A stretch of DNA of 64,000 nt, from contig OZ281500.1 of assembly GCA_965637545.1 (NCBI GenBank), forward strand, positions 7,068,001 to 7,132,000, given 5' to 3'. The first letter of the stretch is position 1. The number at the start of each line of letters is the position of its first letter. A program made the translations under genes and the position numbers. The notes beneath the pieces were generated by a model, which was not told where the DNA came from, searched no databases, and saw only the letters and a program-made list of their open reading frames with translations. Below are positions 61,928-64,000 of this stretch, in pieces. The DNA comes from Phallusia mammillata (Eukaryota).

Positions 61928-64000
61928 AGAGCCCCGGCACCGGAAAATTATTTTTTAATATGTTGTTTGTCGTATTTTTATAAACACGATTTCAAATTTA
62001 AAACCACAAAAATCGATGTTACTAGTCAAATATTTATGTTTTAAATCTAAAAACACTGACACCTTGCGGATATTTTGTCACTTAGCTCAAACGCCATGTG
62101 ACGTCACCTCGTACCAACTTGGTTTGGAGCTTGTTTGTAGTCGGTGGTTGTTAACGTTCTGCGACGCCAATTACGTTAGTTAGTTTAGGTATTTTGGTGT
62201 TTAAATGTTTTCATTTTTATACTCAAGTGTGAAAAAATGCCTGCAGTGTGTTCTTTGTATGGTTGCAATTCAAGAGGAAATCAAAAGGCCAGCAATATGA
62301 CACTTTTTCGCTTTCCAAATATAAAGCGATTGCGGTCACCTTGGATTAAATTTGTTAACGTGAAAAAAGGGACCAGCGAAATACAGTGTTCTTTGTAGCC
62401 TACATTTCACAGATGAATGTTTCACAAATAAAATGCAGCAGACAGGGGTATGGCAAAAGTTCTGGTGTTAAAGCCAAATGCCATTCCATGTATTCATTAG
62501 AACAGTCTTCTTCAGCAAGAAATGGCATTGAGAGCAGCTGCAAGAAAAGTAGCACATGGTATGCTTTAATTAACTGTTTTCTGACATAATCTCATTTAAC
62601 ATTATAGTCTTTAATATTACCATTATGTCATACTAATTTAGTTTATTTTCATGCCATTTACTTGGTAATAACAAAAAAGTGTGGTTATGAAAAAAAGGTG
62701 TGATAATATCAATACATTTTCATTTGGGAACCACCCAATCTAAGCTATGAACCAAAATACATTGTGTGTAAAGGAAAACTTCTTTACCTCTTAAATGGTG
62801 TAACAGAAGTAAATTAACTGCAGATTTCCCTGGACACTCAGCTAAATTTAGTACATACACAATGATGGATGATGGATCTTTGCAACAATAAAATTGTTGC
62901 TATTAACCTTGTTAATGTATTCAGATGGTAATTTCATAATATTTTCTAGAGCAATGAAGTGGCAAACAGCAATGATATGGAAAAAGGATTCTTGGGATGC
63001 ATTGAAAACATCACAAGCAAAGGATTGTTTATTAAAGCCTTTGTGACTGACAGGCATCCACAAATCATTAAATACATTAGTGAAGAATCGTCAGAAACAA
63101 AACATTATGTTTGGCATGTAGCTACAAGTATGATAGAAATAAAAGATGAGCATACACCGGTATATTTGTGTTTATGGTTTTCAATTCAGAAATCCAAAAG
63201 AAACTGACAGCACTTTCTAACAAAGCATGTTGCAAAGAGTTGGGACCTTGGGTGAAAAGCATATGCAACCACATGTATTGTTGTGCAGCAACATCACAAG
63301 GGAATTCACAACTTATAGTTGACAAGTGGCTGTCAGTCTGGCAACGTGACTCTGAAGTCTTCCCCAGCACCATTCAACAAATTTTCTGTAGGCAGTATAC
63401 ATGTAACGCATAGAGATTGCTGGTTGCATGTTAGTAGTTAGTACAGTAAAACTTACTCGTGACGGGTGTTAATTACCCTTATCAAGATTTCCCAATTGAC
63501 GTTTAAATCGATAACATGCTGCTTCTAATACACGTTGAGACATGTAGATTCAAATCCAGGATATACTTTTATACAAAGCAGATTAGACTCGGAATATTCG
63601 TTGAACTTGGCTAACTGCTGTTGCACTTACTAATTTCATGGCAGCAAACGCATGATTTTCTCTCCTCCATTATCACATAGTTAATACATAAACACCTGCA
63701 ATAATTCTGTTACGTGGAAAATACCTTTTGTCAACAACAAAACACCTACCTTTTTAAGCAAACAGTTGTTATTTATTGCTTAACTGTCAACTACGTATAC
63801 TACGTTAGTTTTATCAGTTGTAAACAATAAAAAAATGTACGCATCAAAGCTAAAACAAGCAATAAAAACAACAGCTGATCAACGCCATTGTTAGAAGTTG
63901 GTACGATGTGACGTAACAATCGCTGCTACATATCAAACCAAGGTGTCGCTCGAGAGCTCATTGTTTGATTGAATATCTCGAAAACGAGAAATCATAGGAC
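61928..64000 (+). mobile_element. Kolobok DNA transposon, copy 2 (internally deleted; right end just outside the window)
   Basis: TTAA followed by AGAGCCCCGGCACC. THAP remnant from about 62238 and transposase fragments to about 63340. Convergent KolX fragments on the minus strand. Confidence 0.88.
63350..63710 (-). pseudogene. KolX (P2X7 C-terminal ballast-like) gene remnant of the Kolobok element
   Basis: Three decayed exons: C.N..IMEERKSCVCCHEI, then LCIKVYPGFESTCLN..LEAACYRF, then YMYTAYRKFVEWCWGRL. Confidence 0.8.

Noticed and set aside
61928-61940. MPGL start of the 521-aa transposase ORF
   Set aside because: These codons are the Kolobok terminus read in reverse, not the native start.

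Overview
Eukaryotic genomic DNA, AT-rich, with compact genes and many 60-130 nt introns. This looks like an ascidian tunicate, which is an inference and not a sequence-proven assignment. The ORF track misses most genes because they are spliced; I rebuilt them by matching GT/GC-AG splice phases by hand. Host genes from left to right: an ECM1-like cysteine-doublet secreted protein (-) with an intact tRNA-Lys(TTT) in one intron; RABL2 (+) with a U12-type intron and a GC-AG intron; a C-type-lectin-domain receptor with tyrosine motifs (+); MTCH2 (-); two orphan genes; a 204-aa secreted protein with IL-6/IL-11/CNTF-like helices and all phase-0 introns (top finding); an astacin metalloprotease carrying a decayed antistasin exon; and a BK-channel beta-subunit-like gene with two candidate first exons and a furin-flanked loop insert. 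Transposons cluster at 13.8-18.2 kb (hAT MITEs, a palindromic Tc1 derivative) and 50.7-64 kb (two Kolobok copies, a Crack/L2-type LINE, and an EnSpm/CACTA element whose transposase is interrupted by the second Kolobok). All family assignments come from motif recognition from memory; no searches were run.
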